Shown: piece by piece, positions 40,401 through 52,430 of the stretch
How positions within the stretch are numbered: position 1 is the first letter of the stretch
Layout of the letters: each line of letters begins with the position of its first letter
Position numbers and translations under genes: made by a program
The notes under the pieces: generated by a model
The model's input: the letters and a program-made list of their open reading frames with translations, nothing else
Told to the model about the DNA's origin: nothing
Databases searched by the model: none
NCBI RefSeq assembly: GCF_001194135.2
Contig: NC_068989.1
Coordinates: 9,920,468 to 9,984,467, forward strand
From: Octopus bimaculoides
Lineage: Eukaryota
DNA: 64,000 nt
Reading direction: 5' to 3'

Positions 40401-40599
40401 CAGGTGGGTACAAAAGTAAGTATACAGTAAGCATCACATCAATGTTATAATACTTGATTCATTAAAATTATTAACACATTAATTAGTCTCATTTTTGATA
40501 TTTTCAGTGTTATTAATCATAATACTTTTATCATAACTTTAAATTTTTTTTTATAAAAATAAATGAGTATTGTACAGGATTTCTTTTTGCACCAACCTG
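40401..40599. mobile_element. mariner-type MITE with TA TSD
   Basis: TA-CAGGTGGGTACAAAAG at the left end and CTTTTTGCACCAACCTG-TA at the right end. The TIR resembles mariner AGGTTGGTGCAAAAGT. Confidence 0.8.
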
Positions 40600-41270
40600 T
40601 AAATTATGTTCTTTTTTTTTTTTCTTTTGGTGATAGCGGTAGGTGTTTTGAAGGAGATTTAGTTTCTATTTCAAGCAGAGTGAGTGGCATGTAGTGGTTC
40701 CATTTCTGGCTCATTGCATACTTAGTACTAACGTCAGATACACACATGAATAATTGCAATAGCAGACACAGATTTCAAGACATTATGTATATTCATGGTC
40801 AGAAGCTCAGCTAATGACCAAAAACTTAAACAGCAATGAAACATTTAATGAAAAGGTGGACAAGCAAAAACTAAAACTGCAATTAAGTGTAAAAAAAATC
40901 CGGGAATAATCTGGCATATTGACTTAGTATTGAATACTTAAATAATTCATTAGTTTCTCCCACACTGAGACAGTAAATGGAGCTTGCCAGATCAGTTGAA
41001 ACCCATCAGATTTAGGATGTCTGTTGTTGCTTAGTCTAACAGGAGGAAAGTAGACAGCAGCAAGCAGGCATCATCTTTTAAAACTATTATTTAAATCACA
41101 GGGTCGAAAGCAGAGATTAAATGCAGATTCTAAATCCTCTACACTCTGCATGGATTAATATGATGGAAGTCAATTAGATGATAGAAAACAGTCAAGAGTA
41201 ATTTCACACACAGATGGGCTCATTTTAAGGTTTGGTGGAACTGATGTAGGGATGTAGTGTGGGGGGGGGG

Positions 41271-41302
<32 letters not shown>

Positions 41303-42221
41303 TTGTTGTTGTTGGTGTTGTTGTTGTTGCTAATGCTGGTGTTGGGACTGATCAATACTTTGGAAACTGGGCAACTAATTCAGAAGCAGTTCTATAACAC
41401 TTCTGCCGCTGCTTCCAATATAAGAACAAAAAAATATTCAAGGAAAAAAAAAGGGGGAAAAAATATTGTCAGGAGAATACACACAAGTACACACACGCCA
41501 CACACATACACCAAAGCTATTATTTGATTATATCCTCAAGTTTGAATATAATTTGAAGCAAAGCAACACCAAAGTCTATATCGCTCTTGGACAATAATCC
41601 TCAGTGCTAAAGAATGAGAACGATCCTTTGAAAATTGCAGTAATAGTCACTTTGATCTGTGTAGTTGCCTTATCTGATTGCAGTTCAATCAGAAAACATT
41701 AATCAGTTTTCACTCATATGCCATTATTGATCCTCAACAGTGGAAGAGGTGTTTGGTGGGGAACAGCAAAAAAATATTCAGCTAGATTGTCTATAGGAAA
41801 AATTGCTAAAACAGTATTCTTTACACTAAATGTATAGCAGAAAAGAAAGAAACATGAAGCAGTACCAGAACATAATGGCCAGTATTAAAGAATGTTTTAG
41901 CAGAACGTTCAGCCAATATAGAGAAGCACGACGTCCATATGTCTACAGAATGAGAGAGACTACACTGGATTTAGCTGCATTATATTTTAAAATCATCTGA
42001 AGATGCGCAAAGAATAATAATAATTGTAAAAAAATATATATATGAAAATAAAAACTATTAAAATAGCGCAAACCAGACATCCAACTAATACAAATGAATA
42101 ATTAATATATGATCCATTTGTTTCATGCAAACATAAACTAGCAATATGAAAATAGACCACCACCACCATCACCGCTCTTGCCAATGCCTCATGATATGAA
42201 AACAACAACAACAACAACAAC

Positions 42222-42261
<40 letters not shown>

Positions 42262-42920
42262 GGCTATTTATTCCTAAGTCAGAAATTAAGAAACTTGTGA
42301 TGGTTCACTTGCCCAACTCTAAATTCAGATACTCGGATAACTAACTTCAAGCTACAATTACTCTGGTTTACCGATAGCCAAAAACAACGAATTTGTACTA
42401 TTTTCCCTTCAAAACACGCCAATCAACTAATTAAATAAATGAATAAAACTGAATGGAATTGAATGAAATAAAATAAACTTAAAACAATAAATATTACTGA
42501 ATGGGGAAGGAGAAAAAAATTAAACATTGAGCATGAAGCATAAATATGTTATGGATAGGCTTCATGAAACGACTGCAGAAGCAATTCTGTTTAACTGCTA
42601 TTAACCACAAATCAGACATCGAAACAGAGGGTGTGGTTGGGGTAGGGCAATGGTAGTGAGGTGGGGTATCTAGTCAATCATTCATTCTTTTATTTTTGTT
42701 GTTGTTCTTGTTGTTGTCGTCGTCTTTTTTAAAACTAATAAATTGTGAAGGATTTATTTGCGTTTTACCAGCCTCACCCATCAAGTAAACAGCACTAACT
42801 ATACATTTATTGACAGAAACTATTAAAGTGGCTAATATGTACTCTGAAACTAATTTTCTGGAAAACACAAGGCATAAAGAGAGAGAGGGAGAGAGAGAAA
42901 GAGATACAGACAGATAGACA

Positions 42921-42958
<38 letters not shown>

Positions 42959-43300
42959 TCAAATTTACTTTGCTATGGAAGAAGAGAATGAAAAATGGTG
43001 TGGAAGGAATGAAAGGAGAATGAAAGAATAAGAGAGAGAGTGAAAATGGAAGAGAAAGGATGAAGGCTAAACAAAACAAAACAAAAAAGAACACAAAAGA
43101 AAATTTAAAAAAGGGAGGAATGAAAGAAAAAGATGAATGAAGAAAGAAATATAAGAAAAAGCAACAGGAAAATGAAAGAACAAAAGAAAGAAAATAATGA
43201 CAAAAAGATTGAAAGAACAGGTAGGAAGGCAGGAAGGAAGGAAATGTAGGAAAGAAATAGTTAAAAAGAGAGAGAGAGAGAGAGGGAGAGAGAGAGAGAA

Positions 43301-43349
<49 letters not shown>

Positions 43350-43859
43350 CAAGGAGCGAATGAGGTGACAGAAAACTGATAGAAAGATGGGAACCGCGTC
43401 TATGACTACAAGTGTAATGGACAGTATTTGAAGAGACAGATCCTTTCTTTATAAATGCAAAGAGGAAGGAAAGGAGAGAGACAAGAGAGTCTAAGGAGGG
43501 ATGAAATTATAATTGTAATCGTTGTCCAGGCAAGACACCTGGACTTCTGTGATGTGATGTGGCACATGTGCACATCTGTGTTTGTGCGTGTGTTTAGAAT
43601 GCCTGTGTGTGAGTGAAATCCTATTAGAGAGAGATTCCAGTTCAAGACTAGCATCATTTCACTGGTTAATGGAATTTAATTTAACAAGAGTTCCACAAGG
43701 TCTGTGGCAATAGCTGCAGGAATGAGATGGCAGCCTGTTTCTAATAGACTTCTAATGAGTGGGAGGAGCTTCAGAAATGAGGTGTGGTGGGGGGGGAAGT
43801 GTAAATCTAATCAAGTTGCTGTAGAGAGTGTGAGAGGAATCGTCAGAAATGGAGAGGAT

Positions 43860-43891
<32 letters not shown>

Positions 43892-44030
43892 CCAAAAAAA
43901 AAATGGTTTGTTATGGATGGGAGGAACAGCAAGAAAATAAGAGGAACTTCTGTCTTAATAAGAGGATTGTGAATGTTATGCAACAATGTGGGGAAATTTT
44001 TAGTATGTGATAAAAATAGAAGAGTTAAAT

Positions 44031-44370
44031 AGTGGTGGTCATAAGAGGATTTCAAACTGAGGTGACAAATAACCAGTGGCCTGCTGCTGCCAAAATAGCT
44101 AATTGGTTCTAAAGAAGCGGTTCCACCCTCAGTGAGAATGCATGTTTTAGATGTATAAGAAACCACAAGCTTGCAAGATACAAAAGAATTAAGTAGTGGT
44201 GGTCATAAGAGGATTTCAAACTGAGGTGGAAAATAACTATTTTTAATTTTTTTTTTGCTAATAGTAGATGTAATAGTTCATTGCAGGCAAAAGGGCTAAT
44301 TGGTTCTAGAGAAGTAGTTTTGCCCTCAGGTAAAATGCATAATTTGGATGTACAGGCACAAGCTTGCAAG
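44031..44370. repeat. Imperfect tandem duplication with a period of about 164 bp
   Basis: agtggtggtcataagaggatttcaaactgaggtg at 44031 and 44195, then gctaattggttcta and cacaagcttgcaag in both units. Confidence 0.88.
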
Positions 44371-44426
44371 GGACACAGCTATGTTGGAAAAGGAGGGAAA
44401 CAAAACAATAAAACAGATGTACGTAT

Positions 44427-45126
44427 TTAACCTTGACCCCTTTCATACTAACCTGTCTGAAATCGACTTTGGTTTTAAGGTACAAACTCCATTTCAAAAT
44501 GGTCATAATAAAAAAAATCTTCCATCAAAGTTCCATGTAAGTTTGTTCCAAGCAAAGTGAAATCGTGATAGCACCTGTGCCAGTGGAGCGCTAAGAGCAC
44601 CATTCGAGCGTGATCGTTGCCAGAGCAGCTGTCAGGTTTCCCTGCCAGTGGCACGTAAATAGCACCATTTCAGCGTGATCGTTACCAGCGTCACCTTACT
44701 GGCACTTGTGCCGGTGGCACGTGAAAAGACATTCGAGCAAAGTCATTCATTGCCAGTGCCACTGGACTGGCTCCTGTGCAGGTGGCACGTAAAATACACC
44801 ATTCTGAGCATGGCCGTTGCCAGTACTGCATGACTGGCCCTCATGCCGGTGGCACATAAAAGCACCCACTACACTCCCAGAGTGGTTGGCGTTAGGAAGG
44901 GCATCCAACTGTAGAAACTTTGCCAAATCAGATTAGAGCCTGGTGCCGCCATCTGGTTCGCCAGTCCTCAGGCAAATCGTTCAACCCATGCTAGCATGGA
45001 AAGCGGACGTTAAACGATGATGATGATGATGATTATTTTAATAAAAAGGAAAATTATTATTATTTTCAAAATGGATTGAAATGAAGGTAATGCATTTCAA
45101 CAGAAATGTGGAAACAAGAGGGTTAA
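44427..45126 (-). mobile_element. piggyBac-like MITE (subfamily 1), interrupted by SINE family C
   Basis: The left part resembles the reverse of 5120-5218. The right part ends ggaaacaagagggTTAA. Confidence 0.6.
44556..45032 (+). mobile_element. SINE family C (internal tandem repeats of about 60-70 bp, RTE-like tail, (GAT)n end)
   Basis: About five ggcacgtaaa..caccatt..gagc units, then gagtggttggcgttaggaagggcatcc..aagcggacgttaaacgatgatg. Confidence 0.9.
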
Positions 45127-46285
45127 ACAGACATTGTTGGTTGTATGTGTAATACAAATTTTCTCTCTTCCTTCAAGAACCCGACAAAATGCAAAGAATT
45201 ATATGGAATGATACACCAACATCTTCAAAGGTAACAATATATTCAGTGGATTCTTCATCATCACATGAAATAAAATTGCTGAAAGAATTCTTACAAATGA
45301 AACGGGACACTTTCTATCTAACAATAAGAATTGGAGAACAATCAAAGAGATGTGGCCAGAGGAGAGAGAATGGAGTCGAGAAGAATAGATATATGATACA
45401 GGAATGAAAATCATAGGCTACTTACTATGTATGCTATAAGAATTCTTCAGTTAAAAATTTAAAAAAATAAAAAATTGGAAGGAAATCCAAAGACTAAGTC
45501 CATAAAGAACTAACTGATAACACAACAAGTCCACTAAAGCTCTAGTCTAATATGATCAAAATTGACACATAACTACTAATATTAACACAGTGGTTCTTAA
45601 CTATTATAGAAGACCACAGTTCTTTGACTACCAAAATATATTCTCAGAGATATTGCTTTTGCAAAAAGTGCTAAACCACAAATATCAAAACATTTATTCA
45701 TTAAAAGTTTAATTAACTTTTTTTTACCATTGTTGATATTGATTAATAGTTCAAAATTATATTTAATACTTTCGATAACTTAATTTTCAAAACAAACCGT
45801 ATTTATTGAAACTTACATTTAATAAAATATATTTATTTAGAAAATTTGATTGTTTACAATAAGCTTAGATTAAAATTATTCGTAACAAAAATTTAAAATA
45901 AAACATACAAAACAGGCAATGCTATGTATAGAAATATAAAAATACACATCTTACACCTTTAAGAGTGTGAACATTGCTACTTTCCCGAAGGAAACTGTCA
46001 CAAAATTGTTGCTTTTTAGGCCCAATACCAGCCTCGATTGAGAAAATCTATGATAAAAGTTATTATTCTAGTTATAACCATCCCATCATTTTAACCTACT
46101 CCTAGACATCTGGGACTGTATCCTTTCTTTCTTTTAAGATGAGGATGTGTGACTTAAGAGAAATTTGGTATCCATTAGGAAAAGGTGGAGTGATGACATA
46201 GGTTTTTTTTCCATATTCCATAAAGCCTGAAATTGAAGTCTATAAACCAGAAAATTTCCAAATATTAAAACAATCAGAGATCAGC

Positions 46286-46335
46286 CATCATCATCATCAT
46301 CACCATCATCATCATCGTTTAACGTCCATCTTCCA
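46286..46335 (-). mobile_element. SINE family C, tail only
   Basis: catcatcatcgtttaacgtcc is the reverse of the family C end. Confidence 0.7.
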
Positions 46336-47062
46336 TTGATGTTGCCAGCAAAAACAATTTCCCCAGGGACAACTTCCATAAGTTCAAAAACCTATGGTTT
46401 AATGATACTGCTATGATAAACACCATGCAGTATGTGTTTCTTGATGAATGTAGGTCTGGAGTAGGTGCTTTTTGATACAATACTCTAATCTAACAAGCAG
46501 CAACAATATTCCTAGTTGGCTATATATTTGACAACTTAACCTGCTTTGACCAATGGGAATTGTCTTAAGCAGTGCTCTGTCACATTCAACATTTCATTAA
46601 CCAAGTATTGTGTGAACACACACACAAATGCAGTATTAATGGTATGACCAGGGAGCCATGAGACTCACAGTTCAAATGAGTACTCAATACATGTGTTGGG
46701 TAGAATAGATATATTTATCAGCAAATAGCACTGTGGAGAGCCCAGTCCGTGGATTCAGTTCTCTACAGAACTGACTGCTAATTAAAACAGACAGATAAAC
46801 ATACATGCATATATATATCTAAGTAAACACACACACATATATACAGTGAGTGCGTATGCATGCGTGCGCACATCCATGTGCATACTTGTGTGCAGCAGCA
46901 TATTTAACTTCAAAATGGCGTGGCATTACATTGATTACAATTAGTCATAAACCAAAAATGAAGATTATGTTAAGATCTGTTAAAAGCATCCTGGGACAAA
47001 CTGAAATTATCAGTTAAGAATCTGCATAATTTGACATGGTAAATATTTTCCCATTAGCCTCT

Positions 47063-47120
<58 letters not shown>

Positions 47121-49111
47121 TAAAATTATTTCAATACCAAAATTAAAAACCAGCAAACAATGGGGAAAATGAAATAACAAAACCTCCTTTCCGGGTTCAT
47201 GTTAGGTACAAAGCATGTTTAAGCACAAAATATCTATGTACTCTACAAAGGTTGTTTTATTCTTTTCTCTCTTTGTAACAGATAACAAAGAAATATGTAG
47301 GGTATTCATAATATTTATCCGAAACTGGAATATAGATCTGCAATCTTCTTTCATGGGGCTGGTTCTAAATTCAATTCATACCATTTTTATTGTAAATAAA
47401 AACTAGAAATACAATGGAGGATAAAAGTCACGTTCAATTTAATTTGGTGAAGAGACACTAATTATTCCAACTGTGAGGTAGAAGATCAAAGATCAAGAAA
47501 GTCAATTCTATATTTTAATCCTCCGTTGATCTGCGAAGAATATTAAACAGAAATTGACATTTACATGAAGCTGAAAACAACAACAGACCAACAGCAACAA
47601 CACAATAAGAGATGGAATTATACTAAATGAAGCCACTTGGAGGATCTTAACAATTTGTTACAATATTCATGGGAAGCATTCCATTTAGAAAATTAAAAAA
47701 ATTTATTTATTCATTTTTCCTTTCAAACAATTCATGTCCTGAATTTAGAATTACTTTCTACAAAAATATAAATAACTTATTTTTCTCGTTTTTAGCTTCT
47801 TTTTATATGAAGTTAAAAGGCAATAAACAAAATATCAATTTATTATGCAGATAATTTAAGTTTGCTAACTCACAAAACAATAACTACCCCCACAAGGTCC
47901 AAATAAACGTTACAAGACACAAACTTCAAACCAATTACAGTTTTCTTTGGGCATTTCTAAAATCAATTTAATGTTATTTCTCAAGAACATTTGTCTCAAG
48001 AGCCAATAATGGTATTTATTCTGATGCATCATTCCTGTTTTTATCTAATTAATTCATAGAGCCAATTATATTAACTTTTTCAGCAGATGGATGCAAGTGA
48101 GAGCCATTGGCTGTATTTAAAAGTGGAAAAACAAAAAGTACAATAGCAAAGAACAGTTGTTTCAGGTAGACTTCTCAAATCTCAAATATTTCCTATTCAT
48201 ATTTCACACTAATAATTGAATAATGGAGACAAAAATTGACTGCGATGCAAGTTTAAACATCAATAAATATCTGCATTGAGAACAATACTTTTACTTTTCA
48301 TAAATATTCACTTTGCTTTTGTTTTGTACTGAAATTCGATTTTGTCACAGTCTCATCAAATAGCAGAGGTAAGGTGGAGCAACTAATAAATTGATAGCAT
48401 GACAGACTATATAGGAGAAGAGAGAATTAGGGACTTGTGGGCCCAACTTGGGATTCATGGATGCTATAATTAGATCAGAGCTGATAAAGGGAAAAGACAT
48501 ATTTGTGGATAAACTGCCCTAAATACCAATAGGGTGAATAATGAAATACAAGCCTGACAAAATGTTCAGTTTGTGGATAAATATATTTGCAGAAAGAAGA
48601 GGTGGGTAAGGATGATTAGTGAATGTCTGTGTAAATGGAATAAATGACTAGCAAGAAATGGCCCTCTAGAATCTGTAATCATTGTAACAGGCATCAAACA
48701 AATGTGCATTAGTCATGAATGGTCACGGACAGTAGCTTTTCCTGTGCCAATCACAGAAGGATGGAGATCAGAAATTTAAATGTGTGAATAATATTTCAGG
48801 AATGGTCTGAGTTGGTTGAAGAATAAAACAATATCTAGTTCTAAATAAATGAGAGGAAATTCTTCTTTTGGCTGTTATTATATTTTAGGAATATATGGGA
48901 CCAAACTACAATTGGTCCCCTTCAAGCTTTCTCTGACACCATTCACTATTCTCATTTATATTCTGTTTCCAGAGTCTCATAGATATTACCAGAATGCCTT
49001 ACCATTTCCCCATCATCAAGATGCCTCAACCAAAGGCTAAATAAATAACCTCCCTCACTACCAACACTGATAAATATTTAATGCAATATATAAAGCCAGA
49101 TATGTTGTTCT

Positions 49112-49333
49112 TTAGCTTTTTAGCATTTAGATTACTCTGCCAAATGTAATGCTTCTTTGTTCATAATGTCATGAATTAATCTTATATTATCTCATAATCT
49201 CAAGACTTTGATGATGTAATTGCATCTGTTTAGAATGGGATTGTAGGATAGAGGCCAGATCTGACCAGTTTGAACATAAAACAAGTTGAATATTTAGGCT
49301 GGATATGGTCAGTTTAAATGCTAAAGATTTTAA
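49112..49333 (+). mobile_element. piggyBac-like MITE (subfamily 2)
   Basis: ..tttagcatttagattactctg at the start and ggtcagtttaaatgctaaagattTTAA at the end. Confidence 0.75.
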
Positions 49334-50048
49334 CCCTTTAGCATTCAGTGTTGCATAACCGGCCAGTTTAAATAGTACCCTTCAATCGTCAGGCAATATG
49401 CTGTGCTTGAGAAGACCTGTTGAGTCAAGTGAAATCATTGCCAGGGGCCGGTGCCAGTGCTGCTTGACTGGCACCCAAGCTGGTGGCATGCAGAAAGCAC
49501 CATTGAAGCATGGCCAATGCTAGTAGCAAGTAAAAAGCATCATTCGAGCATGGTCAATGCCAGTGCTGCCTGACTGGTTCTCGTGCCGGTGGCACATCGA
49601 AATCACCATTTGAGCATGGTCAATACCAGTGCAGCACTAACTAGCTCCTGTACCGGTGGCACGTAAAAAGCACCCACTACACTTCGGAATGGATGGCATT
49701 AGGAAGGGCATCCAGCTGTAGAAATCTTGCCAGATCAGATTGGAGCCTGGTGCAGCCTCCTGGCTTGCCAGTCCTCAGGCAAACCGTCCAACCCATGCTA
49801 GCATAGAAAGCAAACGTTAAATGATGACGGTGATGATGATGATGATGATGATAAAACATTTATTTATCCACATTGTTTTGACTTTATCATATGTCATCTA
49901 GTAACTTTGACATTTCGATAATGTGTCTGTATATTTTTAGACTAACATTGTAGGGTAGGTGTGAGAGGCTGGATCTAGTCATTTGAACATAAAACAGGTA
50001 GAATATGGTGGCTGGATATAGCCAGTTTAAATGCTAAAGGGTTTTTAA
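49330..50048 (+). mobile_element. Second tandem MITE (subfamily 2), interrupted by SINE family C
   Basis: TTAACCCTTTAGCATTCAG start. The MITE body resumes near 49855 and ends aaatgctaaagggtttttaa. Confidence 0.7.
49360..49852 (+). mobile_element. SINE family C, long copy
   Basis: Includes the 5' portion (cttgagaagacctgttgagtcaagtg), the tandem units, the RTE-like tail and (GAT)n. Confidence 0.9.
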
Positions 50049-50317
50049 AAAAAGGGAAGGGACACATTCAGTTGTATAGTCCTAAGGATGTGAAAAAAAA
50101 AAACGAGATGGTCATGGTTGGATGCTGTTTCTCATAGGCTTGATGGAGCCATGTTTGGGCAACCCAATAGCAACATATGTTAAGTGCTGACTAAAACATA
50201 CCGACAATACATCATGATAAAAATACACTGAAGATCCAAAATGACAATGGGACTGATTGATAAAAGAAGGCATTGAAAGCTTCCTTTTCCTTCTGATATC
50301 AATACCTCCAGTGGAAT

Positions 50318-50361
<44 letters not shown>

Positions 50362-50693
50362 GGTGAAACTTGGTAAGTACTTTATAGTGCTATGAAAAAC
50401 ATCCTGCAAGTCAAACAGCCACCTCTATTTACTACTGCTCTCAACCCAACACACAAAAATTTGGAGAACCAATATCTGTCTCCTTCTTCCACTACTCTGT
50501 GTGTGTGTGAGAGAGAGAGGGAGAGTCATTGGTCAAATATTTCCCTTTCTTAGTATCAGGTCTGACATATTTTCGCATAAACACTGCTGTTATTAGGGGT
50601 TGTGTATATTGACAAAGGTTTAAGAAAGGAGCATGTGCTTGTGTGAAAGGTGTGAACGCAAACACAGGGGTGAGTGCATACGTGCACAGAGGT

Positions 50694-50739
<46 letters not shown>

Positions 50740-50953
50740 GCACGCGTGCCAAAATGTTAAGTGTACAGGCATATGCTTGCACGTCAGTGCATGGGAAGAG
50801 GGGGGAGGGAGAGACAGAAGGAAGAGGGGACGAAAGGGAGGGTGGGAGGTGGAGGAGGAAGAAGAGAGAGGCAGAGGAAGAATAGAGGAGAGGAGGAGGA
50901 AGAGGGGAGAGGAAGTAGGAAGGGGAGGAAATGATGATGATGATGATGATGAT

Positions 50954-50987
<34 letters not shown>

Positions 50988-51276
50988 GTATGTGCAATTG
51001 CAACGACTTTAGGGCTGTGATCGTGGTGGATGTTGTACTGAAGAGATTAAGAAAATAAAAAGGAAAAAAAAATTTTTTTGAAGAATAAAAGCCAATTAGC
51101 GATTTATTTAGAAATAAACAACACGTTTACATAACTATTTTATATTTTGGCTACACTAATCATCAGTCATCATCCTGTAACTTTCTTTTGATACCAACCC
51201 AGCTAAGAGCAACCCTGGTTCTATGACATAGCATGAACAGGATAAACTATCCATATTTTGCAAAAAAATCTGTCGG

Positions 51277-51349
51277 TGGCCAACCATGAGACTCAAACTC
51301 ACATCCCTGTGATTACGCGTCAAGTGCTTTACCATTAAGCTAAACTGCC
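51277..51349 (-). pseudogene. tRNA-like sequence (Thr-CGT-like), probably a pseudogene or repeat head
   Basis: 73 nt. D stem gctt/aagc, loop cgCGTaa, T arm gtgag-TTTGAGT-ctcat. Acceptor and anticodon stems are mismatched. Confidence 0.6.
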
Positions 51350-51429
51350 CAGCGACAAATTCTTCTGTAATTTTAAGATATATAAATCTAGCTTTATAAG
51401 ACGCTATCGTACATTAAATTCAACATATA

Positions 51430-51473
<44 letters not shown>

Positions 51474-52074
51474 GATAAACCAGTGTGTACTCAGACATGA
51501 ACAAAGTTGCATGTATGTAGCTGACCTGACGGAATTTGAACACAAAACACAAAGAGGTGGAACAAATATCATGAGTCATCTTTGACTTTAAACTGATACA
51601 GTTACTAAATTCATGACCTAAAATTTTGTCGTGAACATCTGCTTAATATACCAATAAATGAGAAAGTTCTTTTACTAAATTCCTCAAAATTCCTGAATAT
51701 TTTCAGAACTGATTGAGGCATGGGCATTATATTTCATAGAAATTCTGGCAATGATAGAGTTAACATTAACATCACCATTAGTTCCATCAGTCAAGTTAAA
51801 ATGGTGTAGCTATTTCACATATGTATAAATGAAGCAGACAGGACATACCTCGTCTCAGACTACACCATAAAAATAGATCACCGTATCTGCTGGCATAAAA
51901 GACACATGGGTCTATTAGACACACTTCAATTTCACCAGTGCACATTCAGTAGAAGTTTTTAGTGCATTAAAGCTTATAGGAGGCCAACTTTGCACACAGG
52001 ACCCAGGGCAATTTGAATGCTTTCTTTCTTTTTCTTTTGAAAAATTGTACGACATATGTCACGGTATACGTGGT

Positions 52075-52430
52075 ATCTTATCTTTTACTAGTCTCAGTCA
52101 TTGGAATGTGACCATGCTGGGGCACCACCTTGAAGAAGTTTTTGCCAAATGAATCAAGCCCTGTACTCATTTTTTTTTAAAGCCTGGTACTTATTCTACT
52201 GGTCTCTTTTGCTGAACCACTAAGTCACGGGGATGTAAGCACGCCAACACTGGTTGTCAAGTAGTGATGGGAAACACACACACATGCGCAAGAGGCTTCT
52301 TTCAGTTTCCCTCTACTAAATCCACTCACAAGGCTTTGGTCAACCTAACGCTATAGTAGAAGACACCTGTCCAAGGTGCCACACAGTGAATCTGGACACA
52401 GAACCATGTGGTTGCAAGGCACACTTGTGA
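52075..52430 (-). mobile_element. SINE family A, full length, diverged
   Basis: Tail and head are colinear with the other copies. Confidence 0.88.

Noticed and set aside
41860-41996. Strong minus-strand acceptor CATCTTCAG followed by ATG
   Set aside because: The frame closes after 17 codons and no convincing donor was found.
44570-44880. Repeat-spacer-like periodicity resembling a CRISPR array
   Set aside because: The intervening segments are homologous to each other rather than unique, the array is part of a multi-copy SINE, there are no cas genes, and the context is eukaryotic.
48400-48840. Possible LINE RT remnant
   Set aside because: Similarity is too faint to support by eye.
51277-51349. 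Functional tRNA-Thr gene
   Set aside because: Mismatches in the acceptor and anticodon stems, an altered T-loop and an atypical anticodon loop.
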